From contig OY730476.1 in NCBI GenBank assembly GCA_963422735.1, positions 1,216,001 to 1,280,000 on the forward strand: a DNA stretch of 64,000 nucleotides. The letters run 5' to 3'. Position numbers and translations under genes: made by a program. Shown one piece after another: positions 10,367-22,274 of the stretch. The DNA comes from Candidatus Latescibacterota bacterium (lineage in GTDB: Bacteria; Latescibacterota; UBA2968; UBA8231). Every line of letters starts with the position of its first letter. Positions within the stretch are counted from its first letter, which is position 1. A model generated the notes under the pieces. The model was not told where the DNA came from. It searched no databases and saw only the letters and a list, made by a program, of their open reading frames with translations.

Positions 10367-13300
10367 ATGCACAAGCTGCTGGACAGGCCCGTGGCCGTGG
10401 GCGTAGCCGGGGTGGCGGTGTTGGTGTTGGGGCTAGTTTGTTTTCGGCTGGTCCCAATTGACATCGGCGGCCAGCTAGACGCCCCTCGGCTCACCGTGAG
10501 CGTTGGGTGGCCCGGAGTTTCGGCTTTTACTATTGAATCGCAGATTACTGCTCCCTTAGAGTCGCTTGTGCAGAGTCTGCAGGGCGTGGTCCTGCTGAGC
10601 TCCACTAGTTCCAAAGGACATGCGTATATCACCGCTGAATTCGCCCCCGACACGGATATACAACTAGCCGAGCTAGCGCTAGCCGAAAAGATATATTCGT
10701 TCCGCCGCCAAATGCCGCCCGGTGCTTCGCCGCCCCGCGTTCAGCACACCGATCCCGATCAGCTAAACAACCCGAATTTCGTCCGTTTAATGCTGCTTGG
10801 CCGCGAAGACCCCGCGGTCCTGCGCCGATATGCAGACGACCGATTGCGGCTGCCCTTGCAATCCGTGCCGGGCGTCGATCAGGTGACCGTGCGCGGCGGT
10901 GCCCAACAACACATCCTCCTCGAAATGAACCACCTCTTGGCACAGCGCTGGCAAATCGACCAAGGGGTGCTGAGCCAAGCGCTAGCCGCCCAAGGCATAC
11001 AGACCCGTTTCCTCGGCGCAGCACAAAGCCAAGGCGCACTCAGCAGCATCCAGCTTCACGGCAATCTCGCAGGCTTGGAGACCCTTGGGCATGCGCCGAT
11101 CAAGAGGCTGGCTAGTGGCCGCTTCATTTACCTAAAGGACGTAGCGACCGTGCGCTACCAGCCCGGCCCTCCGTCGGCTCTCTACCGGATCAACGGGCGC
11201 AATGCCATTGCCATCCAATTTGAAAAAACGCCCGGTAGCGACATGGTACGCACCTCCCAGCAGATCCGGGACAAGGTAGCCGAACTCACCCAGCAGCTAC
11301 CCGAGGGCTTTGAGATCGTCGCGCTACACGACAAGGGGGCCGAGATAGAGCAGGACTTTCGCTTTCTGCTGCGCTGGTCGGCGTTTTCCATTGCCTTTAT
11401 TGCGTTGGTGCTGGTCGGCGTTTTCCGGCGTTTCCAAACGGTCTTGCTCATTTTGAGCTCTATATGGCTGTCCGTCTTGGGGGCGATTGTGGTGTTCTTC
11501 GCCCTCGGCATTCACCTAAACCTCGCTACCCTCGCCGGTTTCACCATCGGTTTTGGTCTGATCGTAGATAACGCCATTGTCATCTACGACTATCTCCACC
11601 GCCGCGCCCAATCCTGCGGCCCCGGAGGGGATTTGCGGGCGGCTGTAGCCGCGGGGTTACGCGAAGGGGTTCATCCCATCGCGGTGTCTAACCTGACCAC
11701 CTTGGGGGCTTTTCTACCAGTTTTTTTTCTTTCCCGAGAATTACAGGGCTATTTCGAGCCGTTTGTGGTTGCCCTAGGCCTAACCCTCACCATTGCCCTC
11801 CTAGTCGCCCTCACCCTGATCCCGACCTTCTTCTACCGGACGGTCGCACGGTCGGCTCGCGCCCCGGTTGCACCCACAGATCGCTTCTACCGCTTGTATC
11901 GCACGGTCCTCTTTTTGTGCGTCCGCCGCAAAAAAATGTTCCTCGGTTTGGTCGCGTGGACAGTGGGCGTACCGCTGTGGCTATTACCGGACAAGCTAGG
12001 CGACGAGCGGGTTGTGCAAGCCACACCAGCCGACAAAATTACCACGCGACAACAGTACAAAGCATGGCTCGCGACGAGAGATACAACCACTTCGTCTAGC
12101 TTATTGGGCAATGCGATATTCACGTCCAAACGCTCGCAAGAGGACCAACCGATCTGGGAGCGGCTCCACGCCGACGGAGCCGACCTTTACGACCAAGTGT
12201 GGGGCAACCCCATAGTGAGTGCGATCAAGCCAGCACTCTTCAAGGTGTTTGGCGGGGCCACGTACTTTTTATTTAGCGACCTATCGCACCGGCTCAACCG
12301 GCGACCTCCCCGGTACTTTCTCCAAGAACTCTCAGAGGGCTTTTCGCTGATTGTCACTCTCCAGATGCCTTATAACGCCCACATAAGCAGGATGGATAAA
12401 ATTTTGCGGGATGTCGAAAAACAACTGTTCAACTTCGCGCCGTATATCGAGGGCATCATTACCCAAAGTTCGGGCCAGTACGGGCTTATTCAGGTACTGC
12501 TAAAGGAAGAGTACCGCACCTCGGATATACCATACATCCTCTACGAGCGTTTAGCGGCTTATGAGGGCAATATCGGCGGCGTGGGATTCTCCGTATATGG
12601 TAAGGGGCTAGATGGACTTGGCAAGCGTTTGGGAGGCAGCCGGAGTGTCTCCGACCAGTTGAGTATCCACGGGTTCAACTTTGGGCAGGTAGGCAACATT
12701 GCCGAAGATATCGCCGATCAGCTAAGGCAGCGTCGCTCGCGGCGGATTAAGGACATTCACATCGACTTTGCCTACGGCCCATCCCAGCGCGAAATAGTGG
12801 CCCAGTTCGACCACACCAAAACCGCGCTCCTCGGCCTCGATCACGCCGACATTGTCCGTGAGATCCAAAATCGGCTCGCCGTCAGTACCGCCCTTTCGCA
12901 CGTGTATGTGGATGGGCAACAATACGCCGTAAGCGTCGCCGATACCGGAGCCAGTCGCATGACTGCCCGCCGTCTCAGCCAAGTCGCGTTAGATGCACAC
13001 CCAGCGCGTATCGGGCACGTCGCACATATCGAGAAACGAGCCGTGACGCCCAGCATAAAACGCGAAGATCAACGCTACATCCGCACCATTGGATTCACGG
13101 TCTTGGGAAGCTATTCTTATTCCAACAGCATCCTACAAGGCATCGTCGACTACACGCCTCTGCCGTACGGTTATAGCCTTTCCAATCCCATGATATACGA
13201 AATGGACAAAAAGGAGCAGCGGGAACTAGGGGGCATCGTGCTTTTGGCGGTTCTCTTGGTCTGGATGATCGCCGCCGCGCTCTTTGAGTCTTGGACCCAG

Positions 13301-13714
13301 CCGCTATTGGTGCTTATTGCCCTGCCCCTCGCGCTCATAGGGCTAGGGGCCGCGCTCTTCCTGTTCGATGCCCCTTTTAACCAAGGCGGCTACGCGGCCT
13401 TGTTGCTGCTGATGGGCATTGCCGTCAATAATTCCATCCTGCTGGTGTACACCATCTCCAACGCCTTGAAGCGGCAACCAGCCAATCCCACCGAGGCGAT
13501 TGCCAACGCGGCCTTCCAACGCTTGCGCCCCATTTTCATCACCACCCTTACGACCATCGCCGGCTTCCTGCCCATGTTGCTGCAAGGGGATCGCACCGAC
13601 TTCTGGTACACCCTAGCCTTGGGGACCTCGGGGGGCCTAGTATCCTCGTCCGCATTGCTAATACTAGTAGTGCCACTGTGTGCAATCTGGCGCACCGTAG
13701 GAATTAGGAATTAG
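10367..13714 (+). CDS. RND efflux permease (AcrB/MdtC family), subunit 2, with an extra insertion
   Basis: ATG at 10367 lies 1 bp after the previous stop. Motifs 'GLIVDNAIVI', 'GIAVNNSILLV' and 'RLRPIFITTLTTIAG'. There is an insertion of roughly 100 aa after 'GVPLWLLPDK'. Confidence 0.92.
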   Translation: MHKLLDRPVAVGVAGVAVLVLGLVCFRLVPIDIGGQLDAPRLTVSVGWPGVSAFTIESQITAPLESLVQSLQGVVLLSSTSSKGHAYITAEFAPDTDIQLAELALAEKIYSFRRQMPPGASPPRVQHTDPDQLNNPNFVRLMLLGREDPAVLRRYADDRLRLPLQSVPGVDQVTVRGGAQQHILLEMNHLLAQRWQIDQGVLSQALAAQGIQTRFLGAAQSQGALSSIQLHGNLAGLETLGHAPIKRLASGRFIYLKDVATVRYQPGPPSALYRINGRNAIAIQFEKTPGSDMVRTSQQIRDKVAELTQQLPEGFEIVALHDKGAEIEQDFRFLLRWSAFSIAFIALVLVGVFRRFQTVLLILSSIWLSVLGAIVVFFALGIHLNLATLAGFTIGFGLIVDNAIVIYDYLHRRAQSCGPGGDLRAAVAAGLREGVHPIAVSNLTTLGAFLPVFFLSRELQGYFEPFVVALGLTLTIALLVALTLIPTFFYRTVARSARAPVAPTDRFYRLYRTVLFLCVRRKKMFLGLVAWTVGVPLWLLPDKLGDERVVQATPADKITTRQQYKAWLATRDTTTSSSLLGNAIFTSKRSQEDQPIWERLHADGADLYDQVWGNPIVSAIKPALFKVFGGATYFLFSDLSHRLNRRPPRYFLQELSEGFSLIVTLQMPYNAHISRMDKILRDVEKQLFNFAPYIEGIITQSSGQYGLIQVLLKEEYRTSDIPYILYERLAAYEGNIGGVGFSVYGKGLDGLGKRLGGSRSVSDQLSIHGFNFGQVGNIAEDIADQLRQRRSRRIKDIHIDFAYGPSQREIVAQFDHTKTALLGLDHADIVREIQNRLAVSTALSHVYVDGQQYAVSVADTGASRMTARRLSQVALDAHPARIGHVAHIEKRAVTPSIKREDQRYIRTIGFTVLGSYSYSNSILQGIVDYTPLPYGYSLSNPMIYEMDKKEQRELGGIVLLAVLLVWMIAAALFESWTQPLLVLIALPLALIGLGAALFLFDAPFNQGGYAALLLLMGIAVNNSILLVYTISNALKRQPANPTEAIANAAFQRLRPIFITTLTTIAGFLPMLLQGDRTDFWYTLALGTSGGLVSSSALLILVVPLCAIWRTVGIRN

Positions 13715-14048
13715 CCGCTGTTTTGCACTGCTGGTAGATCGGGCTCGCGCTCGCGTCGTCGGTTTTATATTCGCGTTGGACCCGACGAGGGCCTTCAGAA
13801 GGCTGCTTAGCCCGCTAGTAGTTGCAGCACTATTTCCATGTTCAAGAGCACCGCATCTTCTTCCCGCTCCAGAAACGGACGCACATCGGCGCTACCCGAT
13901 TCCATGCCAGCGCGCGTAGCCGGCGGCTGATCGCGATCCGCTATGTCCGCGATCGTACGAGATCGAATCGCCTTCAAGTGTAAACAGAGTAGCGCGGCAG
14001 CACAGAGAGGAAGCGCAGACCAGTGATTAGCGGATAGCCCCCCCGTGA

Positions 14049-14111
14049 ACTAACCACTGATCACTAACCACTGATCACTAATCACTAACCACTGATCACT
14101 AACCACTAACC
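14049..14111. repeat. Heptamer tandem array (ACTRAYC)x9 abutting the acs stop codon
   Basis: Units ACTAACC, ACTGATC and ACTAATC are read directly. An inverted copy, CAGTGATTAG, lies at about 14021-14030. Confidence 0.92.
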
Positions 14112-14112
14112 A

Positions 14113-16068
<1,956 letters not shown>

Positions 16069-16115
16069 GCGAGCTAACTCCTCATTAGGGTGGAAATGGC
16101 CGTCAATAGCGCAAA

Positions 16116-16901
16116 CTACTTACCGCCGGCCACCGGCGGCAAGGGCCACTCGTCGCCAGCCATGAAGCCACCATCGACGTAGATGCACTGGCCGGTGACG
16201 TAATCCGAGGCTGGCGCAGCGAGGAAGACGGCTGTGCCGATCAAGTCTTCGGGCGTCCCCAAGCGATTGAGCGCGACCCGCCCCTCGCCCCAAGCCCGCA
16301 TGGTGTCGTCGGCCCATATCTTCTCGGTGAGCGAGGTGAGCACAAAGCCCGGGCAGATGGCGTTGACTTGGATATTGTGTGGCCCGAACTCAATGGCTTG
16401 GCCCTTGGTGAGCTGGCCAACAGCCCCTTTAGTCGCGGTGTACACCGACACGTTGGCGAGGGCGTAACCCGTGGTCAGCGAGCCAATGTTGATGATCTTG
16501 CCGCCTTGGCCGCGCTCGATCATCTGGCGGCCAACCTTCTGGCTGAGGAAGTACAAGCCCTTGAGGTTGACGGCCATGATTTGGTCGTAGTTTTCCTCCG
16601 AAACCTCGACGATGGGCTGGCGAATATTCGTGCCGGCATTGTTGAACAGGATGTCTATGGGGCCGCATTGCTCCAAGGCCGCGTCCATGCCCGCTAAGTC
16701 GGCCATGTCCAATTCAACCGCGCCAGCTTTGCCGCCGGCGGCCTCAATGGCGGCGACGGCTTCGTCGAGCTGGCCGCGGGTGCGAGCGGCGCATAAAACC
16801 GTGGCTCCGGCTTCAGCCATGCCCGCGGCCACCCCGCGGCCAATGCCGCGACTGGCACCGGTGACGAGGGCGACTTTTCCCGCTAGCGAAAATAGATTCA
16901 C
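16116..16901 (-). CDS. Short-chain dehydrogenase/reductase (gluconate 5-dehydrogenase/KduD-like)
   Basis: GTG at 16901 follows AAGGAG. Motifs 'TGASRGIG', 'NNAG', 'YTATKG' and '[13 protein letters not shown]'. Confidence 0.9.
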   Translation of the reverse strand: MNLFSLAGKVALVTGASRGIGRGVAAGMAEAGATVLCAARTRGQLDEAVAAIEAAGGKAGAVELDMADLAGMDAALEQCGPIDILFNNAGTNIRQPIVEVSEENYDQIMAVNLKGLYFLSQKVGRQMIERGQGGKIINIGSLTTGYALANVSVYTATKGAVGQLTKGQAIEFGPHNIQVNAICPGFVLTSLTEKIWADDTMRAWGEGRVALNRLGTPEDLIGTAVFLAAPASDYVTGQCIYVDGGFMAGDEWPLPPVAGGK

Positions 16902-16970
16902 AACATACTCCTTTTTGTTTGAGGTTGCGTTGGTTAATGATAATCGGGGGCGGCGTACCAGCAAGGCTTT

Positions 16971-17918
16971 TCAGGCGGGTACGGAAGCGATTAGGTACGC
17001 CAATTTTTCGCCTCCCAGCGGCGCGACCTCGCAAGTGCGCCCAGCCGGTACCAGCGCGGTCCCGCCTGTGCCCAAGACCCACTCGCCCACGCACGCCCGA
17101 CCACCGACGACCGTCAGCGCCAAAAACGACTCTTCAGCCCGATGCTCGGCCCGGCCGCTGTCTAAGCCACAGCCGCGCAGCACAAAGTGCTCGGACTCTA
17201 CCAGCACTTGCCCCCGCAGTACAGGATGCGACCTTGGTCCGGGCAGGCGTTGGGCAAAGTCGATGACCTCGAGGGCCTGCTCCCAGTGCAGGGCGCGTGG
17301 CCGGCCGTAGTCGTACAGGCGGAAGGTCAGATCGCTCGCTTGCTGCACCTCGTATAGGACGACTCCCCGGCACAGGGCGTGTACCGTGCCCGGCGGCAAA
17401 AAGAGCACGTCCCCTTGCGCGACCGGGTAAAAGCGGACGACCTCGGCGATGCGGTTGGCCATGTGCGCGGCGACAAGCTCCGCACGGCCCACACCCTCGG
17501 CCAGTCCGCAAGCCACGCGGCCGCCATCTGACTGCAGCACGTACCAAGCCTCCATCTTGCCGCTGTCGGCCAACCCATTGCGCCGGGCGTACTCGTCGTT
17601 GGGATGCACTTGGATCGACAGGTCTTGCTGGGCATCGAGGAGCTTGACTAGCAGGGGGAAGCGCCCGCCGTAGCGCGCCCACACCGCCGCGCCAACTAAG
17701 TCGGCGCGGTGCGTTTCCATCAACTTGCGCAGCGAACGACCGTCCGCCGCCCGGCTCTCGCGGCCCTCGTACGCCGACAACTCAAAGGACTCCCCAATAG
17801 GCACCTCGTCGGGTAGGGCCTTGCCGTAAAGCGCGGCTAAGCGGCGTCCACCCCACACCATCTCCCGGTAATAGGGCGTCAAGGGAATGACATCGGGCAA
17901 TTTATTCATATATCGCAT
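16971..17918 (-). CDS. manA: Type I phosphomannose isomerase (cupin)
   Basis: Motifs 'VWGG', 'PIGESFELSA', 'FPLLVKLLDA..DLSIQVHP', 'GKMEAWYVL', 'PGTVHAL' and 'EVQQASDLTFRLYDYGR'. Confidence 0.88.
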   Translation of the reverse strand: MRYMNKLPDVIPLTPYYREMVWGGRRLAALYGKALPDEVPIGESFELSAYEGRESRAADGRSLRKLMETHRADLVGAAVWARYGGRFPLLVKLLDAQQDLSIQVHPNDEYARRNGLADSGKMEAWYVLQSDGGRVACGLAEGVGRAELVAAHMANRIAEVVRFYPVAQGDVLFLPPGTVHALCRGVVLYEVQQASDLTFRLYDYGRPRALHWEQALEVIDFAQRLPGPRSHPVLRGQVLVESEHFVLRGCGLDSGRAEHRAEESFLALTVVGGRACVGEWVLGTGGTALVPAGRTCEVAPLGGEKLAYLIASVPA

Positions 17919-18009
17919 TCGTCTTTTTGCTTGCCATTAAAGTATAGGACGACCGGGGCGAGACAATACTAGGGAAGGGATGCCGCTTTTTACCGGCGAG
18001 ACCGCTAGC

Positions 18010-18038
18010 TTGACATCAAGCGCATCTTCTCGTTCAAT
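18010..18038 (+). promoter_or_regulatory. Possible sigma70 promoter for the toxin-antitoxin relic
   Basis: TTGACA, a 17-bp spacer and TTCAAT, about 40 bp upstream of the ATG at 18079. Confidence 0.4.
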
Positions 18039-18078
18039 GGAACCGGATGTTATCCACTTTCACCAGAGAATAGATGCC

Positions 18079-18558
18079 ATGAAAAATATTACCATCGCCT
18101 TTGATGAAGAGATGATAAAGGCAGGACGAGCTTATGCTCAAAAGCACAATACTTCTCTAAACGACCTGATCCGCACCTTACTAGAACAGACGGTTATGCC
18201 GACCTCAAAATACTGGCTCGATGACAGAAGGCGTGTCGCACCATCCTCGAACAATTGCAGGACGAGAATAGAGCCGTCATTTCTACTCAGATAATTCAGG
18301 AGTTTTTCGTAGTAGCGACTCAAAAACTGGACGTTGATCCCTTAAAGGCCAAGAGCATATTGCAGGCTCTGGAGAATCTCGAAGTGGTCGCCGTATCGCC
18401 TGCATCGATCTACGAGGAGTTCAGCGAACCGGATTTCCTTTTGGGATGCTCTGGTGCTAGTCTGCGCCGAAAGTGTCCGATGTGCTCAGGTCTTGAGCGA
18501 AGGTCTAAACGATGGACAAGTTATTAGAGGAGTCGAGGTGCGGAATCCATTCACCTAG
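18079..18558 (+). pseudogene. Collapsed type II toxin-antitoxin pair (RHH-like antitoxin N-terminus joined to PIN/VapC toxin fragments)
   Basis: 'MKNITIAFDEEMIKAGRAYAQKHNTSLNDLIR' is followed, in other frames, by the PIN segments 'AVISTQIIQEFFVVATQKL' and 'SFWDALVL...SEGLNDGQVIRGVEVRNPF*'. Confidence 0.75.
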
Positions 18559-18588
18559 CAGTGGCAGAACCTATGACACCTGCTGACT

Positions 18589-19760
18589 TTGATATTCTTT
18601 GTCTTGCGAGCTTTGAATATTCTGTTGCTGGACAAGGCCGAGCCAAAGGAAATTGTGCTTTGCACCTTTACCGAGAAGGCCGCCTTCGAGATGCGCGACC
18701 GGCTGGCTACAGAGACCCGCAAAGTAGAATACACCGGCGATCTTTCCGAATTGACAGTCTCGACCATCCACGGCTTCTGCCACCGGGTGCTCACCCAACA
18801 TCGTCACCAGACAGATCTGGGGCACAACCTGCGAAACGCGGGACGAACTGACGCAGCTTCTCTTCATCCACGAACACTTCGCCGAGATCGTCCCGCCCGA
18901 CAACGACCTGTTTCTCACACGCTGGAAAACGCGCTAGACAGCCATTGAAGGAGTGCGCGGCTATTTTGACAAGATCGCGGAAGATCTGGTCAATTCTTGC
19001 CGACTGACGGCTTCCGACAACGCGTTCATTAAGGCTATCGGCACCGCCTAACGCTACGAGCAAGCTCTCTTACAAGCTTGATCGGGTGGATTTGGCCCAC
19101 CTACAGCGGCTCGTGTACGACCTGCTCGACAACCCTGCGAACGCAGACCTCGAATACGACTCCACGCCTTCCCGCTCGGCAGAGATGTTCTTCGGACTGC
19201 TCGTGCATCAGTCCATTGAGGATGTATCTCTCCGGCAGGCGCCCCATCGGCGATAAAGCAAAAGAGTTGGCTTTCACACAGGTAATCAGCTACTTCTGGC
19301 ATAACCAATCATCGAGACAGAGGTGGATGTGTCGCTGGAGAAGAACGGCTATATCCTCGCCGGGAAGGTGGACCTACTGCTTGGCGGCGAGGGCAAGCTG
19401 GAACTGCTGGACTTTAAGACCTCGCCGCGCCCGAAGAGCACCCCCGAGCTAATCGCCGCGTACGGACGACAACTTTGCACCTATGCACACATCCTAGAGC
19501 AGCGGCATGGTAAGCATGTGGACTGGCTACTTCTCTATTGAACCGCGGAGGAACACAGGGAAGATGCGCTCATGGTGCTGCCGTATCGTCCGGAATGGGT
19601 GAAAGAGGCGGGCCGGCACTTCGACGAGACAGTCAACCGAATTCAGACTGGGCAGTTTGCGGTTAAGACGCCGTCCGAAGCGAAAATTTACCAGGAGTGC
19701 GATCTGCGGATGCTATGCCATGCAGAAGGCGTTATCGGATGGGCGGAGGCAGTCTCATGA
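18589..19760 (+). pseudogene. UvrD/REP-type helicase with a C-terminal PD-(D/E)XK nuclease, fragmented
   Basis: Fragments 'EIVLCTFTEKAAFEMRDRL' and 'VSTIHGFC', then 'ILAGKVDLL...LELLDFKTS...QLCTYA' and 'ECDLRMLC'. It has several in-frame stops and frameshifts and a large internal deletion. Confidence 0.8.
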
Positions 19761-19827
19761 CGCCCGCTGATTTCGATATTCTCATCTAAGAGAGTGAACT
19801 ATTTGAAGAAATCTAAGGAGAGGAATA

Positions 19828-21678
19828 ATGACGAAGATCGACATTACTAAGACGGAACTAGTATGGCCCGGCAAGTACAACGAGGACGGAACGCTCAAGG
19901 AAGTTCCACGAATCAATCTGCCGTTCCAAGTCATTGAGACCGTCAATGAGAGCCGCGCTACGCGAGAGGCGCAGAAGACGAAGGGGATGTTCCTGTTCGA
20001 CATTTATGAAGGCAAGGAAGGCGATACTTTCAAAGAGGGTTGGAAGAACAAGCTCGTCTGGGGTGACAACTTGCTGGTGATGAGTTCGTTACTGGAGAAG
20101 TTCGCAGGGAAGATTGATCTGATCTATATCGATCCCCCGTTCGCAACGGGAACGGATTTTTCATTTACAGCAGCGATCGGGGAATCGGATGAAAAAATTT
20201 CAAAAAAGCAATCCATAATTGAGGACAAGGCGTATAGGGATACGTGGGGAAAAGGTACCGATTCCTTCATTTCTATGCTCTATGAACGGTTAGTTTTGAT
20301 GCGGGATTTGCTATCTAAGAACGGAAGTATTTATGTGCATTGTGACTGGCATAAAAGCCATCATCTGCGTCTTATATTAGATGAGATTTTTGGAATGGAT
20401 AATTTTCTAAATGAAATAATATGGTACTACACAAATAAAATTCCTGACAAAAGAAAAAGGAAATTTACAAATTCTTCGGACACAATTTTTTCCTATAGAA
20501 AAACAGAAGAAAACATTTTTACCCATCAATATGAAAAAAGAGATAAACCTATCAAGGTCTCAAAAATGAAAAAGATTGATGGGAAAAAAGTTTACTTAAA
20601 AGACGAGAACGGCAAAGGATTATATGATGAACGCACAGAAAGAACCGTTGATAATGTGTGGAATATTCCACTATTACATGCTCAGCCTGAGATTTTGAAT
20701 TACCCCACCCAAAAACCCGAAAAACTACTCGAACGCATCATTAAAGCCTCCTCCAACGAAGGTGATCTCGTCACCGACTTCTTCTGCGGCTCCGGCACCA
20801 CCCTCGCCGTCGCCGAAAAGTTAGGTCGCCGCTGGATCGGCTGCGATCTTGGCCGCTGGGGCATCCACGCCACTCGCAAGCGCATGCTCGGTATTGAAAA
20901 CTGCAAACCATTCGAGATTCTCAACCTCGGCAAATACGAGCGCCAGTACTGGCAAGGGGTAACGTTTGGCGGAGCAAAAAAACAACCACCGAGCGAGCGA
21001 GCACTCTACCAATACCTCGCCTTCATTCTCAAGCTCTACGGCGCGCAGCCACTCTCGGGCCTAGCGCATCTGCACGGCAGAAAAGGCCGCACCATGATTC
21101 ACATCGGCGCGATAGATGCGCCCGTGACCTTCAACGAAATCGACAACTCCATAGAAGAATGCGCCAAGCTCAAGCAGAGTGAACTGCACATCCTCGGCTG
21201 GGAATGGGAAACGGGCCTTCAGAATCTCGTGGTTCCAGAAGCACAGAATAAGGGCGTCAAACTTTCGCTGTTGCAAATCCCCCGCGAAGTCATGGAAGAG
21301 CAGGCGACCGATAAAGGCGATGTCCGTTTCTTTGAGCTGGCCTATCTAAAGGCGATGGTCGAAAAACCGAAGAAACTCACCGCGCAAGTGAAGCTGCAAA
21401 ATTTCGTCATCCCCAACTCGGAACTCATTCCTGAAGAAGTGCGAGACAAAATTGCGAAGTGGTCGGACTACATCGACTATTGGGCGGTGGATTGGGACTT
21501 CCAAAACGACGCCTTCATGCAGGGATGGGTCGCCTACCGTACGCGCAAAGATCGAACGCTCCCATTCATTTCCAACTCCCACACCTATGAGAAGCCCGGC
21601 AAGTACCGGGTACTGGTCAAAGTAATCGACATCTTCGGCAACGAAACCTCCCAAGCTCTCGATGTTGAGGTGAAATAG
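19828..21678 (+). CDS. mod: Type III restriction-modification-like Mod subunit (N6-adenine DNA methyltransferase, beta class)
   Basis: Motifs 'NKLVWGDNL', 'IDLIYIDPPF', 'YPTQKPEKLLERII' and 'DFFCGSGTT', with C-terminal 'DYWAVDW...VKVIDIFGN'. The 616-aa ORF is intact. Confidence 0.9.
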   Translation: MTKIDITKTELVWPGKYNEDGTLKEVPRINLPFQVIETVNESRATREAQKTKGMFLFDIYEGKEGDTFKEGWKNKLVWGDNLLVMSSLLEKFAGKIDLIYIDPPFATGTDFSFTAAIGESDEKISKKQSIIEDKAYRDTWGKGTDSFISMLYERLVLMRDLLSKNGSIYVHCDWHKSHHLRLILDEIFGMDNFLNEIIWYYTNKIPDKRKRKFTNSSDTIFSYRKTEENIFTHQYEKRDKPIKVSKMKKIDGKKVYLKDENGKGLYDERTERTVDNVWNIPLLHAQPEILNYPTQKPEKLLERIIKASSNEGDLVTDFFCGSGTTLAVAEKLGRRWIGCDLGRWGIHATRKRMLGIENCKPFEILNLGKYERQYWQGVTFGGAKKQPPSERALYQYLAFILKLYGAQPLSGLAHLHGRKGRTMIHIGAIDAPVTFNEIDNSIEECAKLKQSELHILGWEWETGLQNLVVPEAQNKGVKLSLLQIPREVMEEQATDKGDVRFFELAYLKAMVEKPKKLTAQVKLQNFVIPNSELIPEEVRDKIAKWSDYIDYWAVDWDFQNDAFMQGWVAYRTRKDRTLPFISNSHTYEKPGKYRVLVKVIDIFGNETSQALDVEVK

Positions 21679-21680
21679 CC

Positions 21681-22063
21681 ATGGCAAACGCCGTCATCAA
21701 TTACGACAAGGATCTACCGGAGATTCGCGATCGCCGCCCGTGGGAAAAGTCCACTTCCTACTTGGTCAAGGACGACGACGCACCGACCGGCTGACGTGAG
21801 GCCGAGCGATCTCCTGCTGGTGCCAAAAATTCGCCAGGCCGTAGATGCTTGGCGAGACAGTGGCTACAAGGGCGCATCGGAAGTCCCTCAACGCTTGTTC
21901 GAGTATTGGTTCGAGGGGGATCATACGGTCAACGGATTTGATGCGCCGTTCCGATACAACTTCTGCCAACGCGAAGAGATCGACTAGTAGAGATGGCCAA
22001 GTAGCGAGATGCCAAGGCACTCATCGAGGCGTATGGAACAATCACTCAGAAAGACTTATTTAG
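21681..22063 (+). pseudogene. Type III Res (restriction helicase) N-terminal remnant
   Basis: ATG lies 2 bp after the mod stop, and there is a TGA at about 21792. The fragment 'LLVPKIRQAVDAWRDSGYKGAS...LFEYWF...FRYNFCQRE' resembles Res N-termini and then ends. Confidence 0.7.
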
Positions 22064-22086
22064 GGTTTCGAGGCTTGCCTGATCCA

Positions 22087-22210
22087 ACTCACGAACCAGT
22101 TTTTAACCTGACCATATACGACGCTAGCTATCTAGAGACGGCCATCCGCCGCAAGGCCAAGCTGGCGACCTTCGATCAAAAACTCGCTATCGCCGCCTCC
22201 AAAGAAAAAT
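22087..22210 (+). pseudogene. PIN/VapC toxin C-terminal fragment
   Basis: 'FNLTIYDASYLETAIRRKAKLATFDQKLAIAA'. Confidence 0.7.
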
Positions 22211-22274
22211 CGAGAACCCGGCGGTGCAATTGGGTGCCGTAAAAGAGGAATGATAACGCACCAGTGCCGCTCGG

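Noticed and set aside
13809-13979. Short minus-strand frame (about 56 aa, 'LKAIRSRT...LQLLAG') as a RiPP precursor
   Set aside because: It is on the opposite strand to the cluster, has no clear RBS, and has no Cys-rich core or recognisable leader.
19828-21678. Phase-variable mod (phasevarion)
   Set aside because: There is no simple-sequence repeat tract in the 5' coding region or promoter, only short A runs.
18000-22260. Intact prophage, IS or integrative element
   Set aside because: No integrase, transposase, terminal inverted repeats or tRNA attachment site was seen, only decayed defence and TA remnants.
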